This document shows positions 1-12,345 of a stretch of DNA of 32,000 nt, piece by piece. Positions within the stretch are counted from its first letter, which is position 1; every line of letters begins with the position of its first letter. Source of the stretch: Wallemia ichthyophaga EXF-994 (taxonomy: Eukaryota > Fungi > Basidiomycota); NCBI RefSeq assembly GCF_000400465.1, contig NW_008806304.1, positions 1-32,000 of the forward strand. The letters are read 5' to 3'. The translations under genes were made by a program, and so were the position numbers. The notes under the pieces are model-generated. The model searched no databases, was not told where the DNA came from, and saw nothing but the letters and a program-made list of their open reading frames with translations.

Positions 1-235
1 ATTTTCGATGATGGACGTCATTTCCTCGTAATATATAGCAAGAGAGCAGTGCGTCGCTCGCGCACGCGTCTACCGAAAGCGGAGAAAGCCGGATTGAAGG
101 TGAAGTTAATAGTGTTAAGGCGATACATGTTCGAAACTGCATCAGTCAATACTGGTATGTTTTGCTCCTGATATAGAAGAATTACCACTTTTCTTTTATC
201 GAATATATTCTATTCTTTAAGCCGACAGTAGCAAC

Positions 236-341
236 GGGGCAGTAGTGTAATGGTTATCACTGAAGGCTTGCATAATCCTGTCTTTCAGGAAAAGCAACTA
301 TCTGTTTCTTTCCGATCCCGGTTCAATTCCGGGCTGCTCCA
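236..341 (+). tRNA. tRNA-Ala(TGC) with a 34-nt intron (273-306)
   Basis: Cloverleaf: acceptor stem GGGGCAG/CTGCTCC with the G3:U70 alanine identity pair and A73. D-arm GTGTAATGGTTATCAC. Anticodon stem GAAGG/CTTTC with TGC at 269-271 and the intron after position 37. T-arm CCCGG-TTCAATT-CCGGG. Confidence 0.93.
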
Positions 342-348
342 TTTTTTT
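342..348 (+). terminator. RNA polymerase III terminator (T7)
   Basis: Seven T residues directly after the tRNA discriminator base. Confidence 0.85.
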
Positions 349-507
349 AGTCAAGATATTGTTGTGACAAACTGTTTTTCTTTTTTGCAAAACAAATCAG
401 CGCTCCTGATTAATTTTAGTGCTTCCCGCTATTCAGCTCAACAGTTCGCAGTATCATGCTTCAACCAAAATCCAGACTCTGATGCAGTACTATAATTCAT
501 CTTAAAT

Positions 508-1928
508 CTACAAGTATAAACCAGCAGGACCATTGTCTTGCTTCTGGTAAAGAACACGCTCTCTGGCGCTGTCGAAGTCTTTCTTCGTTACTCTCATTCG
601 TCTCTCTCTCAGAGCCAGCAAACCAGCTTCAGTAGCAACGGCCTTGATATCGGCACCTGAGAGGTCATCCTTGGCCATAACATATTCTTCCAGATCGACA
701 TCTTCACTGAGGTTCATTCTCGACGTGTGTAATTTGAAAATGTGACGCTTGGTCTTGATATCGGGTAATGGGAATTCAATCTTTCTGTCAATTCTACCCG
801 GTCTAATGAGAGCAGGATCGAGAGTCTCAATCTTGTTAGTAGCCATGATAACCTTGACATCGCCTCTTGTATCGAAACCATCGAGTTGATTAAGCAATTC
901 CAACATAGTTCTCTGAATCTCTCTCTCACCACCCGACTGACTGTCGTATCTCTTTGTACCAACTGCGTCTATCTCATCGATGAAGACAATTGATGGCGAA
1001 TTCTCCTCGGCTACCTTGAACAACTCTCTGACCAACTTTGGACCATCACCTAGATACTTTTGAATCAACTCTGAGCCAACAATACGGAGGAAAGTGGCAG
1101 ATGTCTGGTGTGCAACTGCTTTAACCAGTAACGTCTTACCAGTACCAGGCTGACCATAAAGAATAACACCCTTTGGAGGTTTGATACCCATTTCTTCGTA
1201 AAGCTCAGGGTGAGTGAGAGGTAGTTCAACTGCCTCTTTGATTTCTTGTATTTGTTGATCTAAACCACCAATATCAGCGTAAGATTCTTGTGGAGCTTTG
1301 TCGAGCTTCATGACGCTAACAGTAGGGTCCTGGTCGTCTGCCAAGACACCAATGACTGCCATGTTCTTGTTGTGGAGGAGAACGGAGCAGCCAGGTTCCA
1401 ACAAGTCTTTGTCTACGAAGGATAGTATCATAACGTATTGCTCTGGACCGGTGGCAGTAGTTATGATAGCGTGCTCATCGTCGATGATTTCTTCAAGGGT
1501 ACCGATGGCTATAGGAAGACCACGTAATTCATCGAGTTTGGTACGCTCTTCTGAGTGAGGATCCTCTTCAGAAGCTGAGGGCTTAAGGATGGCCTGGTTC
1601 CTAATAAATTCTTCCTCCAACAATAAGTAATCCTTTATACGCTCCTGCTTGAGAAGACGCAATCTGCATCTTGTAGTTGGATTGACGGTTGGAAGTTTAG
1701 TAATGGCGGAAGGACCTCTCTTAGCTTTCTTGCCAGTTCTTGTAGGCACAGGTGGCTCCCAGCGCTTTTGTTGCTTGTCCTGGGAAATGAGTGGTTAGTG
1801 GGTGGTAAGCGCTGGTGATAGAGCCCACTTTATCACCGCCTTGCTGCTTCTTATTTGGTTGAGATTGTTGCTGTCCCTGTAGAGTATGAGATTCACCAGT
1901 GATAGATACCCATTTCCATTCTCACCAT
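508..1928 (-). CDS. RPT2: 26S proteasome regulatory AAA-ATPase subunit Rpt2 (PSMC1)
   Basis: Exons 1928-1926 (ATG only), 1876-1829, 1779-508, with two 49-nt GT-AG introns. Gives MGQQQSQ N-terminus, [21 protein letters not shown], Walker A GQPGTGKT, Walker B IDEID, MATN and RPGRIDRKI. Confidence 0.96.
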
Positions 1929-2750
1929 ATTCACTTCACAATTCTCGAAGTTTGAGTTCAAGATGAGACGCCGCCGCGTCATACACAAGGGGTACATACA
2001 AAGTTTAAACAAGAATTGTATTTATATGTATCTAGTGATAAAAGTATAATATAAAATAATTATTGTTTCTTTAGGCATCCAGCCTCATTGAGAATGTGCG
2101 GGGTGTGCTGGGTGTACTGGGTCTGCTTGATTGTGGCAATAGACTCAACCAATCAAATCCATCACCAATTCTGTGCCAATCTATAAAAGGCAATTGAGTT
2201 CGTCAGGGTCCAACAGCTCCACAGCTTTAAATTGTGAGTGACGAATTTCTGCACGACGCGGCATCCAGTGACTGAAATGAATTTTGAGCATTGATGGAGG
2301 CTGCTATGTTGGTATAATTGAACAAGTCAGCGCATGCCAATTATGTGATTCGTTAGTGATTGCGCCCTTGTCTCCGTAAGTCCGTCTACAGCTGGCGAAC
2401 GAGCAGCGAACGAACAACGAACAAGTGGGAGAAGTGCACGCTTAATGAATACGTAGATAAGTATGTCTAGACACGGGCATAAGTTTCCTTATTTAGTGTC
2501 GAGCACCCCATATTAGGTCTTCGAATCACCTAATAGGCGATGACATTCCGTGTTCCTGATGACCAGAGATAGTCACGAGGATCGTAATCGAGTTGATTGC
2601 AAATTCATAAAAGAAAAACTCTCTTCCAGCTTCCAAACAAGCGAAGCTCCCCAGTAAAAGGACAAATCGCTGCGTCATTTTATGAGCAACGTGTTATCTT
2701 CGAGCGGAATTACTAAAAAGATTAAAATTCCTCTTTACGGCTACACCACG

Positions 2751-3480
2751 ATGACCATGTTCAAGTTACCTGACATCTCCCACAAAAGGGCAGATGCTGT
2801 CGTTGCGCTATCAACGCAATCCACCAATGACTTGGACAATGTTCACAGGGTGGGTTGGCGTATACCACTAAACACCCCCAGCTGACTCGATGTAGTTTTC
2901 CGAGGACAGAAGAATGTCTGCCACCGAATCGCTCCTGATGCTCTCCCCGAAAGCCAGGCCTGTTAATTCAAATACCTACGCCCCAGCAAGCCATACAGCA
3001 ACTACACCAAAAAGTATGAGTACTTCTCTCCCACAGAGCAACACTATGCGCAAGACTAGATCTTCCTCGCTCGCTGGTTCACTCCCGCCGTCCCCGCCAC
3101 TCACTCCGGCGACGCCGATCGCATTCCCGTCACCAAGAGTTGCACCTGTGCGGAGAAACAGTAGAGACAACTCACCTGCTTCTCTTAACGACGATCCACT
3201 CGACCTCTACGCAGAAAACATAGAAACGCCTTTCAAACTCGATGGGCTCGAAGAGGAGGAGGAGGAGGAAGAGGAGGTCGTAGCAGATGCCAAGCAGCAG
3301 CACGATACTTCCTTCGTATTTAATATGGATAGCTTCGCCGGTCCACACAAAAAAACTTCGAGTCAACCAAATAGCAGATCTCCGAGTAGGGGCAGACAGT
3401 CGCACCAACCACTCGCACCCGACGAGCTAGACGAAAGAGGGAGAAGCAGACACAGAAATACCTCTAGAGGCAGATCGTAG
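2751..3480 (+). CDS. Hypothetical Ser/Pro/Glu-rich low-complexity protein
   Basis: ORF-track pieces 2682-2885 and 2914-3480 join in frame through a 46-nt intron 2850-2895 (GTGGGT...CTGAC...TAG). Start may be 2682, 2751 or 2757. No recognisable domain. Confidence 0.6.
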
Positions 3481-3712
3481 TAGCATTTGCTTGGTCGTAT
3501 CACTCTCATTCCTCTTTTAACGCATTTTTCCAGTTTACTCACTCTCGCATCATTTCAACATTTACCCAGATGATTATATTATGCATGCAACTCTTTTGTT
3601 GGTGTTATTGTTATGTGCTTGACAATGTGATTATGTGAAGTGAGACTATAGAACAACAAGGAGAAGGAGAAGATAAATAATGCTATCAAGTAATCGCTGA
3701 CGTGCTCATGGC

Positions 3713-6421
3713 TTACTGAGGAGTCACAGCCTCCCCAAATCCGTTGTCTGGTGGTGTCCTATATGGCATTCCGAAATAATCGGCAGTACGCATATACACA
3801 GAGTTACCCCACCAGTCCACACTAATACTGCCATTCTTGGGCAGTTGCAGTAGAAGAAAGACCAAGATGATTCCGAGAGTAGTCCCTATAAGCAGTCGTG
3901 AGTACCACTACCCACGTTATACATCGCACACACCTGCATCTAGAGCTGCTGACAATATAAAGTTGTACTTTGACCACCATGCAAAATGAGTCCTTCGCAC
4001 GAGATACTGGAATATAAACCCAATACCAATCCACGACGAATAGTTGATTCCAGTAGCAGGTGGAATATACGTTGGACCAGTCAACATTACTGGCCAATTC
4101 AAATTTCTCAACCAAGACCTTGGCTTGTGCTTGACATAGAAATACACAGGAATAGGCAACACTGCACCTACAATTAACGCATAAACCTGGTAGTGGTAAA
4201 TCCTGCCATGACCAAAAAATCGATCAGGACCAACAATGCCCCAAATAACGGAAGAAGTATAGTAAACTCTATTTTGGGGACAGGTGAAGTTTGCGGATTG
4301 TCTTACACTGCACATATCATTCACCGAGCTGAACATCCAGTCGCGGATGCCAATCTGAATTAGTGCTGAAATAATTGTAGCTGTGACTTGAACTGCGAAT
4401 GTAGCTCGCGGAGGAACTTTGATATAATGTCCCAGCTTCGCATCTTGAATGAACGAAAGACCCTCGGACATGGTCTGGATCGAATAACACTTGAATATCA
4501 TATTCGCTATTGGCTTGCCAGGGAACAAATACCCTGGAATAACTTCACTGATCAGGTTGATGGGTATTTCCTGTCCTGTCATTGCGAATATGTATGATGC
4601 CGGCAATATATACACCAGTGGTACCAGCAGCGCAACAAACACACCCCAAACAGGTATCTGTGCGTCGAAGCCTGTGACTGCAGCAATTGATAACGCTAAG
4701 AACACCACCATGTAACTCAGATACCACCAGTGAGGTACATCCGGATAGCGCCTCATTAGCTTCGCGTGTATGTCATCTTCCTCAAATTTGAAATTGCGCA
4801 TGCCATACCATATCGCTTTACCATGGTAGAGAATGGTATGGACAAGAACAGCAGTCGCTACTGCATACCCCAACAAGTATACCATGGAGTATGTCGCAGA
4901 GATGTACAGCGGGCTGTAAGCCTCATACGCTGTCTGATTGAATTCACTATTCTCAGACAGTATCCGCGATATATTGTATGAGTTTCCGTATTTATCGTAA
5001 GGTGATGAGTCTGAGATGGGTAAATAATTGAAAAATTTGGCATTTGTGTAGTAGAGGATGGGTACGACCAACCAATACAAGGCAAAGAACCCGATAGCTA
5101 CATTGCACTCAGCCCACCACGGCATAACCAAAGGTGAGCCAATGTATGTGATTTGCGACCAATCGAAAGTCATTCCACCCATACCCAGTCCTGTAAAAAC
5201 ACCAAAGAGTTGGTTAACAGTCGGCGAGCGTGGCCAGATCCAGCATATCCAGCTGAACCAACTCAGTGCTTTAAACAGGAATCCAGGAACAAAGTACCAG
5301 ATAACAGATGAGACACCAACGATGATAAAGAATTTAAATCTTGACATTGATCCATCATTCTCATCATCTTCAGCGTGTAGGGTGTTAAGGAGTGTGCATA
5401 CCACTAAGCATTGGGGCCAGAGCAGATAAGCCGGCCAAACCTATTAAAGAAAGTCAGAGATACTTATGCGTTGAAAACCCATACTCACAACAAATCGCCG
5501 ACAAAATCCCGCCAATCCAAATCCAATACATTGTGAGCTGATAAATAAGAGAATGTCAAATCCAGTGCCAAGCTTGTAGCCATAAAACATTTCGGTGACG
5601 ACAGTAACATTCATAGCATACGCAGGGCTAACACTGACGTTTGCCATGATGGTGATAAGCGTGTGTTCCTTAATGTTAAAGGGACCTGGATTTAGCGTGA
5701 AAGTTTTGCCGCCGAGCCATGCAGGCAGGGTATATAGATCCATCGGGAGAATATAAGCTAGGAATTTACCAGCCGGATAGGTTATAAGCTGGAGAACGAT
5801 TGGAGTAATTGTAGGAGCAGGTAGTCTAAAGTTAAAGACAGTGTTTACTGCAGCAGCCAGCGCGCTGAAAAAGCCACCAACGACCCAGACTCTGAGAGTC
5901 AATGTTGGTATATCAGGATCGTCGGTGTTTGATACTGAAGCCCTCACTTCTGGATAAGGACTGTCTTCTTCGTACTCCAATTCGAGCTTATCAAGAGACT
6001 GAGTTGGCGGGAACTGATGTGTGGATGTCGAAGCCTGATAAAGATCATCACTGTCAATATTCGACCATCTCTTCACTCTTTGAGCTGGAAAGACGGGATC
6101 TGCAGAAGGCGGACGCAATATGTCGTCGTGTGGATTCAAATACTTCTCATCAAAGTTACTCAGCGGAGGCTGGTTGATTGAACTAGATTCCGAGGGCGGG
6201 AGCTCTCCTCTGTTTCCATCCGCTGTCGACGGTGGACCGAAAGCGAAGACATCGGCGTCTGAAGACTCGTCGTCGTCGTCATCATCCATATAGCTATCAT
6301 TCTCGTAGACATCCTCGGGTAAATCCCCGCCGTCATGACTCGAAGATCTTATCGATCGCGGTATATTACTGTTCAGGCTGCTAGAAGATCGCGCTGTGAA
6401 GGGACGTCGCCTCGTGGACAT
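3713..6421 (-). CDS. OPT-family oligopeptide transporter (OPT1/ISP4-like)
   Basis: Exons 6421-5489, 5440-3934, 3885-3713, with two 48-nt introns. Motifs SPYPEVRASVSNTDDP, NPGPFNIKEH, WPQCLV, DAKLGHYIKVPPR, SAALDAG; many hydrophobic segments. Confidence 0.95.
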
Positions 6422-6495
6422 ATCTCGACGTTGCGGTTTGAGGAACCACTGGAATTTGACGGCAGATGTTGTAAAATAATATAAAATTGCAACAT

Positions 6496-6897
6496 CTATA
6501 ACAAATTATTACATATGTGAAGCATTGCGACAACTTTCGCCCTGCTTATCTCGTCCTTGTTGCTCAAACCAAGTCCAACGACGCAAGTTGAGAATGGCAG
6601 CGGGGAACTTGATTTACTTCCTTTAAGAAGTAGCGTGGCGATGGCGTTGGAAAGCAGCTGCTCCTGGTTCGTGAATTGTCCAAGTAGATTGAGTAGGTTG
6701 CTGTGCACTGACGGTTCGTAGTAGATCCCATCTATCAGATCCGTAACATCTTCCTTGTCTTGTATATCAACCTGCACGAGCGAGCTTATTCTGCCAATCT
6801 CCGTCAATATCACCATCACTCGATCTTGGTAGATCTCCAAACTGGCTTCGAATGGCCCCTGTTGAATGGTCTTGGTTGATGGAAATGCATTAGACAT
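6496..6897 (-). CDS. Probable 20S proteasome assembly chaperone 3 (PAC3/PSMG3-like)
   Basis: Single-exon 133 aa. The pattern FPSTKT...YQDRVMVILTEIGRISSLVQV...LLG...AIATLL...VVGLGL resembles fungal PAC3 as I recall it, and the size fits. Not confirmed by search. Confidence 0.55.
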   Translation of the reverse strand: MSNAFPSTKTIQQGPFEASLEIYQDRVMVILTEIGRISSLVQVDIQDKEDVTDLIDGIYYEPSVHSNLLNLLGQFTNQEQLLSNAIATLLLKGSKSSSPLPFSTCVVGLGLSNKDEISRAKVVAMLHICNNLL

Positions 6898-7223
6898 GTT
6901 TTGTAGCCTGTTATAGCCTTCTGTTGACTGATACTTGCGAACCCAAGATTGAGCTCATCACGAGACGTGTTATCATCATTATCACTCGAATTTACTTTCC
7001 TATTATTTCCGCAGATTATTTAATATAACCACTTTAGTAAGACCACCGCATGCGCGTATGAGTAATTTGAGTCAAATTTTCACACCACCTTCTAAATACG
7101 GAAACAGATTAAAATTCACTTTAATTTCAAGATGCTTCTTCAACTTAGTCTTTTAGTTAATCTCTAAATCTACTCCCTTATTTTGCTTTGAAAGTAAATT
7201 GAGCAGGTCTCAAACAACATAAT

Positions 7224-9284
7224 ATGCTTTTTCGTTCATTTATTATTGCAACTTTAGCTAGTCTTTCAATAGCGGTTCCAACACCACGCCAACAAGATCT
7301 TGTTGATCAACACTTCAAGAACAAAGTACAAGAGCAAAATCACTTGGAAAGTCGAGACGACTGTACTATTTACGAACCTTACTGGACAGGCGTTGAATGG
7401 ACACAGTTCGACGAATTTGATCCAGCCTTGGCTGAAATTTTCAGATACCGTCAGCAACAATCAGTCAATTTAGGTTCATGGTAAGTGTCTTGCATTGCAT
7501 TCGGCAAATCACCTAACCAATCTATCAGGTTTCTCGCTGAAAAGTGGATGGTACCCTCCTTATTCAGATGTGCAGCTGGTCTGCAAGCATCTGAATTAGA
7601 CATTGCTAGAGGTTGGAATGGAATGCAAAATGCTCGCCAGATACTCGAAAGACATTGGGATACGTTTATTACCGAAGATGACTTTAGATGGTTGTCTGAA
7701 ATTGGTATTAATACCGTTAGAATTCCCATCGGTGGGTCTTTTTTTTCATTCAGGCGATCCTTCCACTCACATACATCAGGATACTGGGGTGTCAGCAATC
7801 AATTCCTTTGGGGTACAGACTTTGACGGACTCGGAGAAGTTTATGGTGGACAATGGGCAAGAATCAGAAGAGCTGTTCATTGGGCTTCTATCTATAACAT
7901 TGGTGTACTCATCGATCTTCACGGTGCACCAGGATCCGCAAACGGTCAACACATTTCCGGTACCTCAAGTGACAGAGTCGGTTTATTCGTAGATGAATTC
8001 AATCTGCAAAAAACTCAAGATGTTTTGGTATATTTAACAGAGCAATTCACCTGGGTTAATAACATTGTCGGTATTCAGATTCTCAACGAACCTGAATACG
8101 GCACAGACTGGCTTGAAGCATATTATGATAGATGGTTGGGTGCGATGAGAGCAGTGCCGGGTGCTGAAGACCTGCCTCTCTACATTCACGATGCATTCGA
8201 TCTCGGCAGATACGCTGGCTACATCGCAGGAAGAAGTGACTTCGTAGTAGAGGACCACCACTCTTACTTTGTTTACACGGACGAAGACGCCAACACTCCT
8301 GCATGGTTACACGCACAGCACGTCTTAGGACCTGTTCGATTGGGCTTGGAAAAGGAATCTACTGTCGCCAGACGCAACTTGATTATTGGTGAATGGTCTT
8401 GTGCGCTTACTGCTGCTTCGCTGGCCAATGCAGAGGATCCTGCCAACTCTCGCTGGTGGTTCTGTTCAAACGAAGAATCAGTCTATAGAAATGTCAGCGC
8501 TGGTTGGCACTTCTGGTCTTACAGGACTGAGGACTGTGACGTGAATCCTAACTGGTGTTTCCTCAGATCAGTTGGTAACGCCTTACCTGCAACTTTCTCT
8601 GCATTCGGGCCTGACAGACCACCACACATCAATCAACAAGAAACAGAATCCATCGAATCATTGCAACTGCCTTACATCGACTCTATTCTCGGAGACTTGT
8701 CAGGAGCATTTACCTCTTGGTTCGGTTTAGGTGCAGCTCCACCTGGTGTTTACCGTCGTGACAGACCCGAGAATCACGGAAATGGATACGGTCACGATGA
8801 TGGCGACCACTTCGATGCATGGTACAAACACAACGGAGGTGTATGGCAGACTGAAGAGACTCAATTTGAAGACTACAATGCGACAAAGTCATCTGATGAA
8901 GTTGATAGTGAAAATGCACGCCAAGCAATCAATAACGGTGCCTCACAAGTAAAGCCAATGTTGAACAACTTGCTCGATCCAAGTTCATTTATCGCATCGC
9001 TTCAGTCAGCAACGGCAAATCCATATTCCGCAACAAGCTACGATCCAGCTACCATGTCCGAAGCCGCTGCTAGAGTTAGAGGATACAGTGACGGATTCGG
9101 CTTAGCGAGGAAGTTTGCAGCATTCAACTTGTCGAAGGTTGGATTTACTGGGCAATGGATCAATACAAACGTCGGTCGTTTACTTGAGAATGACGATTTG
9201 ATGCAAGAGAACATTCAAACATACGCTGATCACTTTGGACGTGGTCTGCAGGACGCTGAGTCGAGAGTACTTGAAATGTTTTAA
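7224..9284 (+). CDS. Secreted glycoside hydrolase family 5, exo-1,3-beta-glucanase-like
   Basis: Signal-peptide-like N-terminus. Introns 7481-7528 and 7732-7779 restore VNLGSWFLAEKWM and RIPIGYW. Also DLHGAPGSAN, catalytic NEP and IGEWS. Confidence 0.92.
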
Positions 9285-9375
9285 CTTAATTGGATTAGAT
9301 TTTTGCTTTTAACTGAAAAATGCTTTTATTTATTTTTGTAACCACATTCATACACAAGACATTCTTTTGAACGTA

Positions 9376-10795
9376 ATGTCATCATCGTTTGATAAGATTT
9401 CTAAGTTATTTTCAGATATTCTGTTCACGAAGAAGGGGTTGCTGCTGGCCAGTGTTGGAGTTATCGCGCTCGAGGTACTCCTCACGCATTTCATCATTCA
9501 ATTTGTGCCGTATACTGAGATTGATTGGAAGGCGTACATGCAACAGGCGAAAATGTTCAAAGAGGGCAAAATCACTCAATACGACCAAATTGAAGGCGAT
9601 ACTGGTCCACTAGTATATCCAGCACTACATCTCTACGCCTACACGGCACTGTCTCATGTCACGAATGCTGGTACTAATATCAAGTATGCGCAGGCAATAT
9701 TCCAAGGTATCTATATCTTCACAATGACGATAGTAATAGCCATCTACAACAAGACTGAAGCAGTGAGACTATCATCATTTGATTGATCCTAGGCTAATCA
9801 GCTGCTTCCAAATAGGTACCCCCTTACATTCTACCACTGCTAGCCTTGTCGAAACGCTTACACAGCATATACGTTCTCAGGCTGTTCAACGATTGCGTAG
9901 GGATAGGCATATTCTACGTCTCTCTGTTGGATTTGATGAAGAGGCGGCATTTCCGATCAGCCGTGCTCTTCTCCTTGGCAGTCGGTGTGAAGATGAATGT
10001 TCTGCTCTTCTTACCTGCGTATGCTGTCGTATACGTTCTACAAGGGGGATTATACGAAAGCGTAAAGCTTGGTGTGAGTATGATTTCAATACAAATCCTA
10101 ATAGCACGGCCGTTCCTGCGAACCGATGGCATAGCTTACTTGAGTCGGGCATTTAATCTCTCGCGACAATTCTTGTTCAAGTGGACAGTCAATTGGAGGT
10201 TTATTGGTGAAGATGTATTCCTCAGTAGGGAGTTCTCAAATGCTTTGCTAGCCATACACATCACACTCCTAGCTTTGTTTGCTTGGTTCAAGTGGCTGCC
10301 GAGGGATGATGCCGGCTCGTTTGACATCGTTCGACACACATTCAAGCACCCCTCGAGACGACCACTATCAAGTCCCTTGTCAGCGAAAGGTAGCTTCCAA
10401 CGATAATCAATTTACAGCTAACACAAGATGACAGAGATAGCGCGGATTGTCTTTACGTGCAATTTGATTGGTGTTGTTTGTGCGAGGTCATTGCACTACC
10501 AATTCTATTCGTGGGTGTTTTCTTGTCTTACTTCCCAACAAGTGCCCAAGCTCACTCAAATTTCATCACAGATGGTACGCACACCAGATACCTTTCTTAT
10601 CATACACGACACGCTACCCATTGATAATCAAGTGAGTACTGCTCTGCGTAGATGAGGTTTTCCAACAAACACCAAAGGATCGCACTGTGCGTTGCAATTG
10701 AGTATGCGTGGAATGTGTTTCCGTCTACCGACCTCAGCAGCGGAGTTCTGCTAGCTGCTAACTCTCTATTACTGCTCGGACAAGCATATGCATGA
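9376..10795 (+). CDS. ALG3: Dol-P-Man:Man5GlcNAc2-PP-Dol alpha-1,3-mannosyltransferase
   Basis: Introns 9763-9815, 10390-10434, 10511-10571, 10632-10677. Motifs [68 protein letters not shown]. Confidence 0.95.
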
Positions 10796-11007
10796 AATTG
10801 TAGAAAACGGGAAATGTAAAAACAATGTATAGATGTGTGTATAATTTCCAAATCTGGCCGGATGGGGATACGGGGGATGAACGGGTGAAAGAGATACAGC
10901 AACTTCATCAGCGCTAGAAGACGCTGCATTATCTATTAAAAGATATGAAGAATGACAAGTCGAAATTCTCAGCTTACGCGTCATCATCAGCTTGATAGCA
11001 AACCATC

Positions 11008-12261
11008 ATGACGGCGGAAATAAAGCCAGCAGGTGGCGTACAGAGCTACTATACGTCGAAAATAGAGGAATCTGAGTTAGCTATTCACGAACGCACGCAA
11101 AATCTGAGAAGATTGGAAGCCCAGCGAAATGCATTAAATACAAAAGGTGGGATTGGAGAAAGTTGACTGCGATGAGGCCATGCTAACAACGACACACCAA
11201 AAGTACGGCTGCTTAGAGAAGAATTGCAATTGCTTCAAGAACCAGGCAGTTACGTTGGAGAAGTGGTAAAAGTAATGGACAAGACTAAAATATTGGTTAA
11301 GGTGCAGCCAGAAGGTAAATTCATCGTCGATTTCTCTCAAGATATTAAGCTTGAAGATCTCAAACCCTCATTGAGAGTTGCGTTGAGATCGGATAGCTAT
11401 ACGCTTCACAAGATACTTCCTAACAAGGTTGATCCATTAGTCTCACTTATGATGGTCGAGAAGGTGCCTGATTCAACTTATGAGAACGTTGGTGGATTAG
11501 ACAAGCAGATCAAGGAAATCAAAGAGGTTATTGAATTGCCAGTCAAGCATCCAGAGCTATTCGAATCTTTGGGTATTGCTCAGCCAAAGGGTGTTTTGCT
11601 CTATGGTCCTCCAGGTACTGGTAAAACATTGCTTGCAAGAGCCGTTGCACACCACACAGACTGTGCGTTCATTAGGGTGTCTGGCTCTGAATTGGTTCAA
11701 AAGTACATTGGTGAGGGATCTAGAATGGTGAGAGAATTATTCGTTATGGCTAGAGATCACGCTCCATCCATCATATTCATGGATGAGATTGATTCCATCG
11801 GTTCATCAAGAGGTGAATCAGGCACTGGTGGTGGTGATTCTGAAGTACAGAGAACTATGTTAGAATTGCTTAATCAGTTGGATGGATTTGAGTCTTCTAA
11901 GAACATCAAGGTCGTTATGGCTACCAACCGTATTGACATATTGGATTCCGCTCTATTGAGACCAGGCAGAATCGACAGAAAGATTGAATTTCCACCTCCA
12001 GGCCCTGAAGCTAGAATATCAATTTTGAAGATTCACTCAAGGAAAATGTCGTTGCAGCGTGGGATCGATTTCAAGTCATTGGCGGAGAAGATGGGTAACT
12101 GCTCAGGTGCAGAGGTGAAGGGAATATGTACAGAGGCTGGTATGTATGCGCTAAGAGAACGTCGTCAACACGTCAGCAACGAAGACTTTGAATTGGCAGT
12201 TTCCAAGGTATTGAAGAGAGCTGCGGAGACTAACACATCGTCAAACAAGCTGTTTACTTAG
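11008..12261 (+). CDS. RPT6: 26S proteasome regulatory AAA-ATPase subunit Rpt6 (PSMC5/SUG1)
   Basis: Exons 11008-11146 and 11204-12261 (57-nt intron). [41 protein letters not shown]. Confidence 0.97.
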
Positions 12262-12345
12262 AGTATGAAAGAGAGAAAGATAAAAGATTTGATTTGATTT
12301 GATAACAATGAATTGATTTAACTGTTCACTTTGCTTTATTCGCTG

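Noticed and set aside
1-21. Possible minus-strand gene start (ATG ACG TCC ATC ATC GAA AAT) leaving the window
   Set aside because: Only seven codons are visible, so it cannot be supported.
250-495. 81-aa plus-strand ORF
   Set aside because: It runs through the tRNA-Ala gene and its terminator, and has no protein-like features.
7485-7528. ORF-track N-termini such as MSCIAFGK (GH5), MLIYYLP (NCL1), MICQVY, MIDCTAT
   Set aside because: They are translations of intron sequence read from alternative codons.
10600-10990. Minus-strand ORFs and TGATGA boxes between ALG3 and RPT6 (small gene or C/D snoRNA); G-rich tract 10862-10885
   Set aside because: The ORFs are antisense to ALG3 exons with no recognisable product. 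There is no properly placed terminal D box or guide I can match, and only three G3+ tracts.
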